The notes: generated from the letters alone by a model not told the origin. Shown: positions 1 to 15,957, counted from the stretch's first letter. The stretch is 64,000 bases of DNA from the human T2T-CHM13v2.0 reference genome, Homo sapiens (GCF_009914755.1 NC_060936.1); one strand, 5' to 3'. Translations and numbers: made by a program.

Positions 1-439
1 AATAATTAACTCTTTCTTCTATCCCAGTCCTCTAGTTCCTCAATTTTCTCTTCCAAGGTTATCATTGTCTCCAGTTTCTTCTGTATTTATGTGTATGTCT
101 GTTATGTTTTGTGTTTGTATTGTATGTGTTTTTTGTTTTGTTTTGTATTTTAAATCAGAAATGCTATAAGTGCTATTCTTCAGCTTAGGGTTGATTTATA
201 AACAAGCCCATAATTTTGGGATTCCATATCAGTACTTATAGAACATCTTTCTTTTAAACAGCTATATTTTATTCCAGTGTGTAAATAAACAGAAATTTAT
301 GTAACCAGTCCTCTGTTGATAGATGGTAAGGTTATTTTAAATATTTTGCCTTTCCAAACATTAGTAAATTAGTGTATTTTTACATTTATCTTTGTAAATA
401 TGTGCAAGTATATTTGTAGGGTAATTTCTTAGGGAAAAT

Positions 440-1200
440 TGGGTAGCCATCTGAAAAATAATGAAGGTATAGTTTCATCTCTCTATACAAAGATAAATTC
501 CAAATATATTAAATCAAAGACACTAGAGAAAAACAGAGGAGAATGTCTTTATGATTTTTGAGTCACGAAAGCTTTCTAAGGCTAACACGAACTCAGAAGG
601 TATAAGAAAGAAGATTGAAATTTGACTGCACATTTTTAAAAATCTGTGTGGCAAAAACACCATAAACAAAAAACACAAATAACACCTGGTGAAAATGTAT
701 TTGTAACACATCCTACAAAGAACTAAATCTTGTAATATGTAAAGAGCTTTTGTGTATTGATAAAATCAAGCCCCATTCAAAAATGACCAAAGCATACAAA
801 TAAAACATAGAAATGGAAATACAAATGGCTTTAAACACATGAAACCATATTCATAAGGAAAGAAATCACAAATTACACTGTTTTTTGGTCTTTTTTTTTT
901 TCCTTTTTGTGGAGAATGGGGGGGGGTCTCACTATATCACCCAGGCAGGTCTTGAACTCAAGCTATCCTCCTGCCTCTGCCTCCCTAAATGCTGGGATTA
1001 CAGGTGTGAGTCACCATGCCTCTTGAGAAATGCATATTAAAATAATGAGATGCTATATTTCACCTATCAGATTGGCAAAGACCAACATATTGTGTTCGTG
1101 AGGGTGTGGGGAAACAAGCAGGCTCACAGATTGTTGGTGAGACTGTAAATTGGTACAACCTCTATGGAAACCAATTTGGCATCAGCTAGCAAACTTTTAA
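440..1200 (+). mobile_element. Old L1M 3' fragment interrupted by a minus-strand Alu monomer (~881-1022)
   Basis: Degenerate L1 ORF2-end/3' motifs (aaatgcatattaaaataatgagatg, gtaaattggtacaacctctatggaaa). Confidence 0.6.
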
Positions 1201-1204
1201 AACT

Positions 1205-1502
1205 AGCCAGGTTTAGTGGCTCACAACTGTAATCTCAACATTTTGGGAGGCCAAGGCAGGTAGACTCTTGAGCTTAGGAGTTTGAGACCAGCCTGGGCAA
1301 CAGGGTGAAACCCTGTCTCTACTAAAAATACAAAAATTAGCTAGGTGTAGCATGGCTGTAGTTCCAGCTACTCGGGAGGCTGAGGTGGGAGGATCGGGCT
1401 TGAACCCAGGAGGTCAAGGCTGCAGTGAGCTGTGATTGCACCACTGCCCTATAGCCTGGGTGACAGAGTGAGACTTCCTTTCTCTCTCTCTCAAAAAAAA
1501 AA
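1205..1502 (+). mobile_element. Alu (J-like)
   Basis: Dimeric Alu with A-tail. Confidence 0.9.
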
Positions 1503-2483
1503 TTTATATGAAAGTTAGTAGAGTTTTTTTTTCTTTTAGTCAAATCTGTTTATTTGGATTATCTGCATGTTCTTAACCAGAAGGAAATGCTACACAGAGT
1601 TGAAGAATAAAGACAAAATATTAAAAATTTAAGGTAGGTATTATGTTCTTTGTATAATGTGGATAACAGCCATATTGAGCTACGGAAAGTAACATGACAA
1701 AAGAATCTCTGAGTGTATATCACTCACGGTCCTTTAGGAAATCGATAGTACCTTTTTTTAAAAAAAAAAAAAAGGAGGCTGCAAAGAGTTTCAATTCTTG
1801 AAAGTGTAGGCAGGGTTAAGGGAAACAGCATGGGGTGGTGGGCAACCTCAGGTGCTGGCATCTGGCTCTAGGAAGCCATTACCCTCCCTGGCAAGAGGCA
1901 ATGGAGAAAACACTTACAGAACCAAGTGAACACTGTCACTTTGGGAGAGGCCACCTGACAGGGGCTGTGGAAAAGCGTGAGCCACTGTCAGACAGAGACC
2001 TGGCAGGGTGGGAGCCAGGAGAACAAATGCTGCAGGCTCTTCCTCCTCCTGGCCCTCCATCTGCTGGGCCCTCCCACTGGCCACATTCAATGGGAAATCA
2101 GAGGGCAAAGGAGCCAGACTGATGCTGTCAATAGAGGCCTGTCTCCTGGGATGCTGAACAAAGATGGGTTGCTCTTGCTCTGCATCCACGGGATAGATCC
2201 GGAAGGGCAACGGATGATTTCATTCAGTGTAATATGCATATTGGTAATATATTCAGGGCCTTGCTTCATTTCCACCTTTCTCCAAAAACATATTATCACT
2301 TTTCTTTCAAAGTAATTACTTCTGTAGTAATCCTTTTTGGAATGGAAGCCATAGATCATTCAAACTCCCAATCCTTTTCTTTCCGAGACAGCATCTTTAT
2401 ATGAAAATTGTCATAGCATGATGTAGGCTGATTTAAAAAAAGAAGAAAAAAAGGCTTTCTGAAGACACTGCATTTGCACATTA

Positions 2484-2792
<309 letters not shown>

Positions 2793-2959
2793 TTAAAGGC
2801 AATGATACCTAGAATATAAGCACATTAAAGAGTATATTATGAGAAATAAATAGTGCATTTTACATAGAGTGGGTTTTGAAAAATAAAAGTTATGTTTGGC
2901 CATGCATGTACTGGAGAAGGAGTCCATTATCTGGTTTTCTTCTTTTCTTTCCTTTGTTT

Positions 2960-3571
2960 GTTTTTATTATTGTTGTTTTTGAGACAGGGTGTTGCTCTGT
3001 CACCCAGGCTGGAGTGCAGTGGTGCAATCTCTACTGGCTAACTGCAGCCTCGACTTCCCAGACTCAAGCTTGATCCTCCCACTTCAGCCTCCCAAGCAGC
3101 GGGACTACAGGTGCGTGCCACCATGCCTGGCTAATTTATTTTTTACTATTTTATTTTATTTATTTATTTATTTTTTATTTTTTTTTTTTTATTGATCATT
3201 CTTGGGTGTTTCTCGCAGAGGGGGATTTGGCAGGGTCACAGGACAATAGTGGAGGGAAGGTCAGCAGATTTACTATTTTATTTTATTTTATTTTATTTGA
3301 GACAGAGTTTCACTCTTTGCCCAGACTGGTGTGCAATGGCTTGGCTCACTGCAACCTCCACCTTCTGGATTCAAGTGATTCTCCTGCCTCAGCCTCCTGA
3401 GTAGCTGAGTTTATAGGCATGCGCCACCCTGCCTGGCTAATTTTGTATTTTTGGTAGAGATAGGGTTTCTCTATGTTGCCCAGGTTGGTCTCAAACTCAT
3501 GGGATCAAACAATCCACCTGCCTGGGCCTCTCAAAGTCCTGGGATTACAGGCATGAGCCACTGCACCTGGC
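2960..3571 (-). mobile_element. Compound Alu cluster containing the SVA fragment
   Basis: Alu right arm ~2960-3135 and a further Alu ~3270-3571. Confidence 0.85.
3162..3269 (-). mobile_element. Severely 5'-truncated SVA (SINE-R 3' end + poly-A)
   Basis: ttgatcattcttgggtgtttctcgcagagggggatttggcagggtcacaggacaatagtggagggaaggtcagcagat is the SVA 3' terminus. 20-bp TSD at 3142-3161 and 3269-3288. Confidence 0.9.
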
Positions 3572-4904
3572 CCCTTTCTTCTAATAGTGCCTCTCAACCA
3601 TACACCTCCCACCTCATTTGTATTTGGTTAGACAAAGTGACTCCCTCAGATCAACCAGGGATTAATCCTGGAGCTCCAACACATATTTAAAACTACTGGC
3701 TTGATAGTCTAACAACATTGTAGATTACCTAGAGAGAAGCAGATACGTTATTTAAACGGATTTCTTGACCTATTTACATGATAAGATTTAATTTCCTTGA
3801 AATGCCATTTTGAAAACTGGGATTGGCATCCCTTACAGGTTCTCTAATTAGTTGCTTTCAGATTACTTGGCAAGTAAAGGACTATGTTGTTATGAACCCC
3901 ACCTGCAGTATATCCCGAACAGGAATCTCCATCTTGGGTTTCTTTTTGTAAAGTCTGCATTTGACCCCTTTACACTCTTTTCCGTGTTCATAAACGTGCT
4001 CAGGGTTGGAAAAGCTGTTTCAGTAGAGATGGCATATTTCTGGTGGCATTCGGGGGCAGGTACAGGAGTTGCAGGCATCCATCGTATGCTGTCCAGCGTC
4101 TGCACGTTCCCTTGTTTGCTCCCAGTGGGTAGAGAACCCGGCATTGTGGGTACCTTATTAGAACTGTCAGGAGGTAATATTACATAAATAATGAAATAAC
4201 ATGTTAATGCAATTCATTACAGGTTCGTTGGAATTTATTGTTCAGGTTATTCCTTTCACTGCTCTGAGAAACATCAGGTATACTAGACTCACCTGAAGCA
4301 GGATGTAAGCGTATAATTTGTCAGACGGGCAATATGGTCTAGTGGATCCAGAATTTGAATATTATTTCTGGCTCTGCTGCTGGCTTCCTTTATGACTAGG
4401 AGGGAAATGTCTCTGGGTGTTGCCAGTTTCGGTATCTGTGGATTGATAAGCAGATCGCAAGCATGGATGTTATAATAGGTTATTTCATGGGAAATTAAAC
4501 AGCAAATCTAATGAGAGGAGCGGGTTACTTGGTCATTTCTTTCTAGGTGCTATTTGGTGCTTTAAGAGGACCTCTAGTATTGGATAAGTTAAAGGAGTTT
4601 CAGAAAGTGCATCATAACAACATTACTGAGAGCTCAGAATGTGCTACATGGTTCTGAGGGCCATCTGCGTATTAACCTCATTTAATCCCTGCAGCACACC
4701 CGGAGGTCATTGCATGATATTGATGCAATTTTACAGATGAAGAAACTGAAGCACATATGGTTAAATAATTTGTCCAAGATCACAAAGCTAGTAAGCAGCA
4801 GAACTGGGGTTTGAACTCAGGTTATTTAAACTCAGAGCCCCAGTTCTTATTCCCCAGTATTTGACTCCCCTTTGCTCTCACCTGGTGATAGAAATGATAA
4901 TGAC

Positions 4905-5205
4905 CAGGCTGAGCGCAATGGCTCACACCTGTAATCCCAGCACCTTGGGAGACTGAGGCAGGTAGATCGCTTGAGCTCAGGAGTTTGAGACCAGCCTGGG
5001 CAACACAACAAAACCCCATCTCTACAAAAAATACAAAAATTAGCTGGCTGTGGTGGCATGCCCCTGTCATTTCAGTTACTTGGCAGGCTGAGGTGGGGGA
5101 GTGGCTTGAGCCCAGTAGGCAGAGATTGAAGTGAGCTGAGATCATGCCACTGCACTCAAGCTTGGGCAACAAAGCAACACTCCATTTCCAAAAAACAAAA
5201 GAAAA
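4905..5205 (+). mobile_element. Alu
   Basis: Alu consensus. Confidence 0.9.
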
Positions 5206-5291
5206 AGTATGAGATTTAACTTAAAAATAATTTTCCTTCATCTGATTAGAAAGTATAATCAGGATGAGCTTTAGTGTGTTGTTTTTTGTAG

Positions 5292-5492
<201 letters not shown>

Positions 5493-7896
5493 TAGGCATC
5501 TTTCCCAGCACTGCTGCTGTGATTAGTACCTTAACTCCAGCCTAGGCAGGTGCAGTGCATCAGCGGCTCTCTTCTCTAGCTTCTTTTACCTCAGCCCAAG
5601 CCACTCTGTAGAAATGGGCTCCACCCATGTCATCTGACCTGTAGGTCTCCACTCTTTCTTCCCAGTTCTCAGATGGTTCTTGGAGCACTGGCGAAGTCAA
5701 GCGAAAATAAGGTGGTGAGTTTTCCCCAACGAAATAATTAAATTTTGGCTGATGCTGGCCTTTAGTCATCGAAGGCCGAGAAAGTACCGCCCTAACCAGG
5801 GAAAAGCAATATCAGATGTAGGCTGTTCTGTTGTGTCTCAACCTCAAAATGCTTGTGGCAAAAGGGACAAACCTCCAATAAGTCTATATTAGAGGTTCAA
5901 CAGAGTTCATTGAAAACTTGAAACAAATCTGAAAAGAAAAACACTCTACAAATAGGGAAAAAAGATGGGTAGCTGAGAGTGATAAAGTGAGATTCCCCAG
6001 ATATGTTGCTGTCACCACAGGCAAATCTCAAATTGTTTTCAATGGAGCTTTTGGAAATTTAAATTAATCCTGCCATTTTCAGGCTTGGTCGTTTGGAATG
6101 TGTGTTAGTGAAACGCAGTGATGTAGTTTTATAGACTGTAAGAACCTTGGAGGCACCTGAATTCTTGAAGCTAGAGATTTATTGTAGGTCTTCTCTTGTT
6201 CTCTGAGAAGAAAACCAGACTTCATATAACAAGAAGTGAGACAGAAGAACAGTTTTCAGAAGCATGTGTCACTCTGCTATTTTAGGAATTGTTCCAATAA
6301 GAGATGTTTATAGTAAGCTTGGTGTGACCCAGCCAAGAAGCTTAATATAACAAGGTTAACTGAATTGTGGGAGGAAAGTTTCTAGCCTATACCAGCTTGC
6401 ATTTATTAATAATCAGAAAGGTTGCGGATGACAGACTTGCTGAGCATTTACTAAATCTGGTACTTGTGGTTTGCAAATCATGTGATTAACAGCTGCTATC
6501 ATCTATCCTAGAAACGGCAGGAAGAAGTGTTATTATTTTATCACATAAAATAGTAGTCACAAAGAGAATGAAAACAGTTTAATTTGGCAGATATAAAATT
6601 CACTGGTTAAGCAGAAAACCATGCTCTGCCCTCCCACTGAGCTCACTAAAGATGGGTTTCCTGGGAATGTCTCAGTGAACAGATGTTTCTTCTTAGGTTT
6701 TGATGAAGAGTTTAGTGGCATCTAATCATTAGTGAAGGGTTGTTTTGGCAAAAGGAATCTCTTGTCTATCTACACACATACTTAAATTTTTTTTTTTACG
6801 TATATTAAGGATTTTGCATTAATTACCAATAGGATCTCACATAGATGAATCATGAATGATTGACTGGCTTTCCTAATCAAGTTTTGAATGATTTTAAAAA
6901 TCAGCCTGCCTGATCTAAGGTTTGGAAGTTCAATGCTCAATAAATAACTTTAGTAAAGGGAGGAAAACATTTTAAAGGAAAAAAACAGGAAAGATAATTA
7001 CATTGTTAATCTGTTTGGAGTTAGAATTTGATTCAGAAAGATTTCTACAGAGCCTTTTGAATCACCCTGAAATCTGCCAGCTTTTTCCAGGATGCTGCTT
7101 TTGTACCTCTGTATACATCATATGCCATTCTTTGCAATAAAATGCAACTTTCTTAGTGATTGAATAATATAGATGTTGATAAACACAAATTATGTCATGT
7201 TGTTTACATATACATTCCTAAAGAATAAGAAATATTGTCTACATTGTACATACGTAGTAGATTAACTCATTGAAGTCAGAACAAATGTAGATTTCTATAA
7301 GTCCCAAAGAGTATGGATGTCTTAGAGGTTGATGTTGAAGTCTGCAGTTACACTGGTGGTGAAAATCAAATATATAACGAATAACTTTAGGTAAGAATCA
7401 AATCGGACTTGTTTTACAGATGTTGCCATGTGTTAGAGGATTTTACTTGTTGCTTTATAGTTTTGGATCGGGCAGATGGTTGAAAAGTGTTGATTCAAGA
7501 GCTTTGACTGTATGGAACAAGATAATTGAGGCAATAATAATAATGGGACTCAGAATCTATAAGCCAGAGCAATGAAGCATAGTTCAATCAATAGGAGGAA
7601 TAAAAAAGATTAGCAACATAAGCAGTATCGATAATCTCTAACATCATTTTACATTACATTTAGCTCACATGAATCCAAGTGGAAATTCCTCTAACAGATT
7701 TATAGTTCCACTTCTTAATTTTCTGTTTATAACCCTAGAAATAGCAAACAATATGTATAACATTCTGTGCAGTGCATATAATAGCCACATAATAGATGCT
7801 CCTAAATTTTTCCTAGCCTCACTCCCAAGCTGGGATAATTTCCTATTATAGGTTCTCATGGCTCCTGACTATGTAATTATTTATTTGACATTTTTC

Positions 7897-8093
7897 AGGT
7901 TGTCAGATTTAGCTAAAAAAAAAAAAAATACAAGACAGCCAGTGAAATTTGAATTTCAAATAAACAACAAATAATTTTCCAGTATAACTATGTCCTGTGC
8001 AACATTTGGGGGCATACTTACACTAAAAAATTAGTCATTGTTTATCTGAGATTAAAATTTTATTGGGCTTCCTAAATTTAACCTAATAGCTCT
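7897..8093. mobile_element. MER53-like palindromic hAT DNA transposon
   Basis: ggttgtcagatttagc...aaatttgaatttcaaataaacaac...ttgtttatctgagattaaaatt; internally palindromic. Confidence 0.8.
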
Positions 8094-8269
8094 AGTGGCT
8101 TACTTGTTCATAGCTGTATCTTCCACAGACTACGAGTTTCAGGATATTGTTTTCTTCATCATTGTATCCCCAGTATTTGCACAGGGCTTAGCACTTAGCA
8201 GAAATTCAATAAATATTGGTTGGCTGTCTAAAGGGATGGATATTAAAACTACTTTAATATATTAGATAC

Positions 8270-8740
<471 letters not shown>

Positions 8741-9769
8741 AAAAACCATGGAAAATGCAACTGAGGTTCATAGAACTTGAAAGCAAAAGAAGCAGTTCTT
8801 GCCATTGGGTTATCTACAAGTGTACCATCTTTATGTAGTAAATAATCAACTAAGATCGCTAAGAGGGAAATTCCTTTTAAAAGAGATAGACTCCAAGCAA
8901 CTGATTCTCCTAGTACAATTCACTTTCAGTTCTTAATTTTCACTTAATGCCTTTTCAAAGGCAGTTACTGTACAAAGCAAGTTGGGCTTGTATTTTTAAG
9001 TATTCTGGCAGATTGCAGCTAATCCTTTCTACCAGGATCGAAAATTAAAAAAGACGTTAAGAGGTTTAGACAGAAGAGACAGGAGATATTTCCAAGCTGC
9101 ATATGGAGAAGATGACACAAATTTTGAAATCTTTATCACCCCATCTTATTTATTAAACTCCCACCCATGTTCTGCTCTATATTAGAAAAAGCAAAACAAG
9201 TTAATCTTATGCAGCTTTGGTAGCTCATGAAGAGCCATTGTTTTCAGTGCACTCTTTATAAGGTTTAGCTTATCAACCACAAAGCAGGGCTCACTTAGGT
9301 AAGTCAGGAAAGTTTAGAAGACAGTAGAAGAAAGCCTGGGAAACATGGTGAAACCCTGTCTCTACTAAAAGTACAAAAAAAATTAAAAAAAAATGCTAAG
9401 TGTGATGGTGCACGCCTGTGGTCCCAGCTACTTGAGAGGCTTAGGTAGGAGGATTGCTTGAGCCTGGGGAGTTGGAGGTTGCAATGAGCCATGAGTGCAC
9501 CACTGCACTCCAGCCTGGGTAACAGACCAAGACCCTGTCTCGAAAATAAATAAACAAATGAAAACAGATGGTTAAAGGAAAAAAAATGCCTTGGAAATGC
9601 AAGTAGAAACATGTGCCTTATGTGCTAGGAACATTAATCTAGGTCAGTTACAAATGCCTACAAAGTGAGACTGTTTGTTATGGCTTGAACAGCCTACCAC
9701 ATCATCATTCAGTGACAGGAGGGGACAGGATTTGGGAGCATGAGTTTCCAGTTCTGGGGTCTCTTTTAG

Positions 9770-10157
<388 letters not shown>

Positions 10158-10727
10158 TTAACTACTGTTTTATAAGGCTCTTTGCTCGACATAGGGAAGT
10201 CAGATGTGTTCCTGCCAAGTCAGTCAACTGTAGATTTGGAATGCTTTGTGTTCAAGGGTGAAGCCTCTTCTGTCATTACTGCTACTGCACTTCTACCTTC
10301 CCCCTGGAGCAACTGAGCAGCTCTTATTTATTCAAGGTGGGAATTTCTCCAGAAAAGGTGATCCTGAAAAGTAGTTGGGAGCCAACAATCACAGCAGCTG
10401 GGGGATAAGTCCATAAGCCCACTAATTATATACTTTATATATAATTGTAGATTATCAGTTGTGCCAACAATAATGTATTGAGTATCTAGAAAAAATCACA
10501 TCATAGTTTTGAGTACAAGAATTAAAAAGTATTTTTGAGGAGAAGGCATGCACACACATTGGAAACAATCCAAGAATAGAAGACAACATTGAATTAAATG
10601 ACAAAATGTGTGTTACAATTATAAATCCTAGGAGAGATCAGAAAGAATGGAGTCCCATGATTAAAAACTGATTCTAGAATTTCAAGAGAGGAGTGTATTT
10701 TAGACTTCACGTTGAGAGATCATTCTT

Positions 10728-11037
<310 letters not shown>

Positions 11038-12437
11038 AAGAGATCATTCTTGAATAGAGGGAAAGAAGGGTATTGTCAGGAAACAATGTAAAGGTTGAGA
11101 GATGGTCATTACCTTAAGTGGTAAAGGATTCTGTTGGTGGAAACTGCACTGGCTAGAACTGGTGGTCCTCATATTGAAGATCAAGTAAGATTCAGAGGAT
11201 TTTGAGTATTTTCTTCTTCCCAGTAATTCTAGATACCCCTTCCAATTATAGTACATTTAAAATTTCTGTATTATTGTTCATTCTCTATTAGGGGATTAAA
11301 AAAAAGATTCATGGAAATTTCTGTTAATGTCCTAAAAAATCATAGTTTTTGAAATCAGTAATTCCATAACTATTCAACTATTTGTTGTAACTATTGAAAC
11401 TATTTTAACCTTTTGCCTAGAGTATTTAAAAAATATCTGTCTAATCTAATCTAATCTAATCTGTCCATCCATCCCTCTGTTGCCCAGGCTGGAGTACCTG
11501 TGGTGACACCTTCATGGCTCACTGAAGCCCTCCCATACTCAAGTGACCCTCCCACCCCCACCTCCTGAGTAGCTGGAACTACAGGCACGCACCACCACAC
11601 CCAGCCTAGATTATTTTAAATCTTACTAGTTTAGGTAAAATTTTGAATGTATTTCCAAATTTCTGAATTACTATAAGAAGTGAGATTATGCCTTTTTTTT
11701 TAAAGGTCATATATCTTGCTACGCAATAAAACTATGCTGGAGTCAGACATTCTTTGACTCAAATCTTAGAGATGGGACCATTAGCAAATTACTTGGCCTC
11801 TTTGATTCTTAGTTTCCTTATCTATAAAAGGAGGATATTTCCACACAGCTGATAGGGTTTATGTGAAATTTAGACATAATACACATAAAACACCTAATAT
11901 GGGGCATATTTAGTTAAGTTCTGAATAGAGGGCAACCAGTACAATACCAATGGTAGGTATTCAAATGAGAGATGTTAGCATCATTGTCACCTGCCCTATT
12001 ATAAATAAAAAGCAATGTGGTTATCTAGCCTCTGGAGCTGGACTGCCTGCGTTAGAATCTGAGCTGTGGCATTTATTGGGGTGTGTTGCTTATTCTCTTT
12101 CTGTCAGAGAATGGAGAAAGCAGTAACGTTTATCTCAAAGAGTTGTTTTAAGGATGAAATGAGTTGATGGGTGTGAAGAGCTTAGTACCATGCCTGGCAC
12201 TTGATAAATACTTTATACATGTTAGCTGTTATTTTCCTGAAATTTGAGGGCCAAAGTTAAATGCATGGAAAATTTGCTTAGAGAAACTGAGCATCTTGTC
12301 ATGATCCCGCCAAAGTTGATTTGGGAATAAATTGCCTATTGCTAAATTATTGTTAGGAAAATACTGACTTTTAAACATGTATCTACTTTTGCCTATACTT
12401 TAGCCACTTCATCTGTATACTAGGAGGAAAGTCAACA

Positions 12438-13011
12438 ATGGCCTCTCCAAGGAAGGTAACTGAGAAGCGGCATAACCCAGTGGAAAGCATCTGTAGAAAG
12501 ATCAGAGCCATCCACAAGAGAGAAGCAATTTCAAATCCAATTCAGCAGATTATCAAATACCAATCTAGCAGTTTTGATAGCCCACAGACGAACACCAAGA
12601 AATATTTTGAAGAGGTACTGAGGAAAATGACTGCTGCTTGTGTTCCTACGCCCGGCTCTCATTGGTCAAGTTCTGAGGAAGTCGATGCCTTCATTTCATC
12701 GCCTCAAATAATATCTCCAAGAACCCCATCCACCTCTCACCTCAGCTCCCCTGAGACTGCAACATACTCTGTTATTCTCACAAGTTCTGAAAACGTCTCA
12801 AAGCCGAAGTCACAGAGCAACAAGAATTATACATCTTTGATGTCACAGATCAGAAAAGCAGAGTTTTTCTCTAACAAGGATTTGAATAACTATTGTAGTG
12901 AAAATAATTTTAGTACCTTAACACTTGACTTTGATTCCACCTTTGTTCAAAGCTTGAAGTGTTTTGATCCTCAGGATTCAGTGGTAAAAAAATTATCTCT
13001 GAATGAAGATG
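12438..13011 (+). CDS. IRAG2: Long IRAG2/LRMP isoform, coding exon 1 (aa 1-191, MASPRKVTEKRHNPVESICRKIR...KKLSLNED)
   Basis: ATG in strong Kozak context (acaATGG). Acceptor ...ctttag at 12402-3 with branch-like actgac at 12363. Donor G|GTAAAT after 13011, phase 1. Confidence 0.85.
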
Positions 13012-13336
13012 GTAAATATTCATCTTTTAATGTTTGTCCTTCCAATAGAGCAATAAACATATCTACTTTTAGAATACCTGAACTAAAAAAAAATCTACAT
13101 TATTAAAGTTTGGATGGAATCATCCATCTTTCCCTTTCTGTTTTAACTATGTTTGTTTCCAGAACAAAACAGAACGTCATGATGGGAATACTTAGATATA
13201 GGGGAATATTTCCCTATATCTAAGGGGAAGGCTGTTTATTATGATAGGTTTTCTTTGTTAAACCAAAAAAAAAAAAGGAAAATTAATCATTATAGCACAG
13301 AAAGCATCAGGATTTACAAACTTTTTCTTCTAATAG

Positions 13337-13450
13337 GATGGAAACAAGAAGCTGATGATGGTAAAGAAGATGTAATATACAGCATCAACAGGGCCTGTAA
13401 AGAAGAGGCACTCACAAGTATTTTTAATGCATGTGACATCAAACGGAAAG
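13337..13450 (+). CDS. IRAG2: Coding exon 2 (GWKQEADD...EEALTSIFNACDIKRK); start of EF-hand 1
   Basis: ttttcttctaatag| ... AAG|GTAAGC, phase 1-1. Resembles KASH5 EEQILNSTFEACDPQRTG. Confidence 0.92.
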
Positions 13451-13874
13451 GTAAGCTAAAAATTATCTGTTTAAACATTTGGTAGGACTGTCCAAGTCAT
13501 CTGAACTTTCTATTGTGAGAGAAAGGGAAATGATTTGTGTGTGGGTCTCATTGTCTGCGTCTACATATGTGATGGATGCCACCTAATTTGGGAATAAGGT
13601 TTGCTCTGTAGGGCTTGGTTATTTCGTTATAATTTCCCTGTACCTGTTTTGCATCAGCATATTTTAACAGTGACTTGAATGATTCTTTTTGAGCTTATCA
13701 GCTGACTTACCATCTTTATTTATTGAAACTACTTACATGTCGTAGGTGGCGCCCCACAGGAAATATGCTTTTCAAATATGTAAAACCACTATACAAAATT
13801 TTAGTTAATTTTGGGCTTTCACTTCTGTTTTTCTTTAATTTTTATTTTTGAGATGTGTTTTTTAAAAAATTTCC

Positions 13875-14975
13875 AGACCTAAAACTACAAAAACCCTAGG
13901 AAATACCATTCTGGACATTGGCCTTGGCAAATAATTTATTAATAAGTTCCCAAAAGCAATTGCAACAAAACAAAAATTGACAAGCGGGACCTAATTAACC
14001 TCTGCACAGCAAAAGAAACTGTCAATAGAGTAAATAAACAATCTACAGAGAGGTAGAAGATATTCACAACCATGCATGTGACAAAAGTCTAACATCCAGA
14101 CTCTGTAAGAAACTTAAACAATTCAACAAACAAAAAATAACCTCATTAAAAAGTGGGCAAAGGACATGAACAGACACTTCTCAAAAGAAGACATACATGC
14201 AGCCAACAAATATATGAAAAAATACTCATCATTACTAATTATTAGAGAAATGCAAATCAAAACTGCAATGAGATACCATCTCACACCAGTCAGAATGGGT
14301 ACTATTAAAAAGTCAAAAACCAACAGATGTCGGTGAGGTTATCGAGAAAAGAGAACACTTACACATTGCTGGTGGGAATATAAATTAGTTCAGCCACTGT
14401 GGACAGCAGTGTGGAGATTCCTCAGAGAATTTAGAGCTACCATTTGAGCCAGCAATCTGTCCACTGGGTATGTACCCAAAGGAATGTAAATCATTCTACC
14501 TGAAAGACATATGCACTTATATGTTCATCACAGCACTGTTCACAATAGAAAAGACATGGAATCAACCCAAATGACCATGAACAGAAGACTGGATAAATAA
14601 AATGTGGTACCTACACACCATGGAATACTATGCAGCCAAAAAAACAAACAAGATCATGTCCTTTGCTGCAACATGGATGCAGCTGGAGGCTATTATCCTA
14701 AGCGAACTAATGCAGGAACAGAAAACCAAACACTGCATGTTCTCAATTTTAAGTGGGAGTTAGACATTGTATATACATGGAAACAAAGATGGGAACAATA
14801 GATATGGGGACTACTTGAGCAGGGAGGCATGGGCTGAAAAACTACCAGTCACATATTATGCTCAGTACGTGGGTGATGGGATCATTTGTACACTAAACCT
14901 CAGCAACACGCAATTTACTCATGTAGCAAACCTGCACATACACCCCCTGAACCTAAAAGTTGAGAGAAAAAAAAA
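13875..14975 (+). mobile_element. 5'-truncated L1 (old L1PA/L1PB 3' end)
   Basis: ORF2 C-terminal and 3' UTR motifs (gagataccatctcacaccagtcagaatgg, aacctgcacatacaccccctgaacctaaa). Confidence 0.9.
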
Positions 14976-15633
14976 TTCCACAAGTAATTTTAAGTATATA
15001 AATGATTCATGCTCATTTGTAATAAAATTAATAATATACTGACAAGCGAAAAGAAGGAAAAAAAATTGGTAATCCTGTTTCCCTGAGTAACCATTGTTAG
15101 TGACTTGTTGTATATCTTTCCACAATTCCTGTCAATATGGTTTTGTTTTATTTGAATTCATAATTGTTTGTTATAGAACATTTCAAACATATACAGAGGT
15201 AGAATTCTATGATGAATCCTTATGTATTTGTCATAACCAATTATGTCTCATTTCTAACCCTGCGCATTTTCCTCTCCTCTACTCTGGATTATTTTGAGGC
15301 AAATCGCAGAGATCATAGTATTTCATCCACAAATATTTCAGTACATATTTCTAAAAGATAATTGACTAATTTAAAACACAACTACAATGCCATTATCATG
15401 ATTTTAAAAGTAATATACTTTTCTAATATTATCAAATGTCTTGTTAGTAGTCAAAATTTCTCATTTGTGTGATAGATACATATCCTTTTTTTCTTAAACA
15501 GTTTTACTGTTCAAGCCAATATCCAAGAAATGTTTATTCATTGCAGTTTGTTGTCTGTCTTATCTCTGTGTTTCGCTTTCCATCTGTTTTTTGCATTTTG
15601 TTGTCTGTTAAAGAAACCCATCCATTGATTGAT

Positions 15634-15957
<324 letters not shown>

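Noticed and set aside
7897-8093. Long hairpin as a novel ncRNA
   Set aside because: Explained by the palindromic MER53 transposon.
12438-13106. 222-aa ORF as a stand-alone single-exon gene
   Set aside because: A phase-compatible donor at 13011 joins exon 2; the last ~30 codons are intron read-through.
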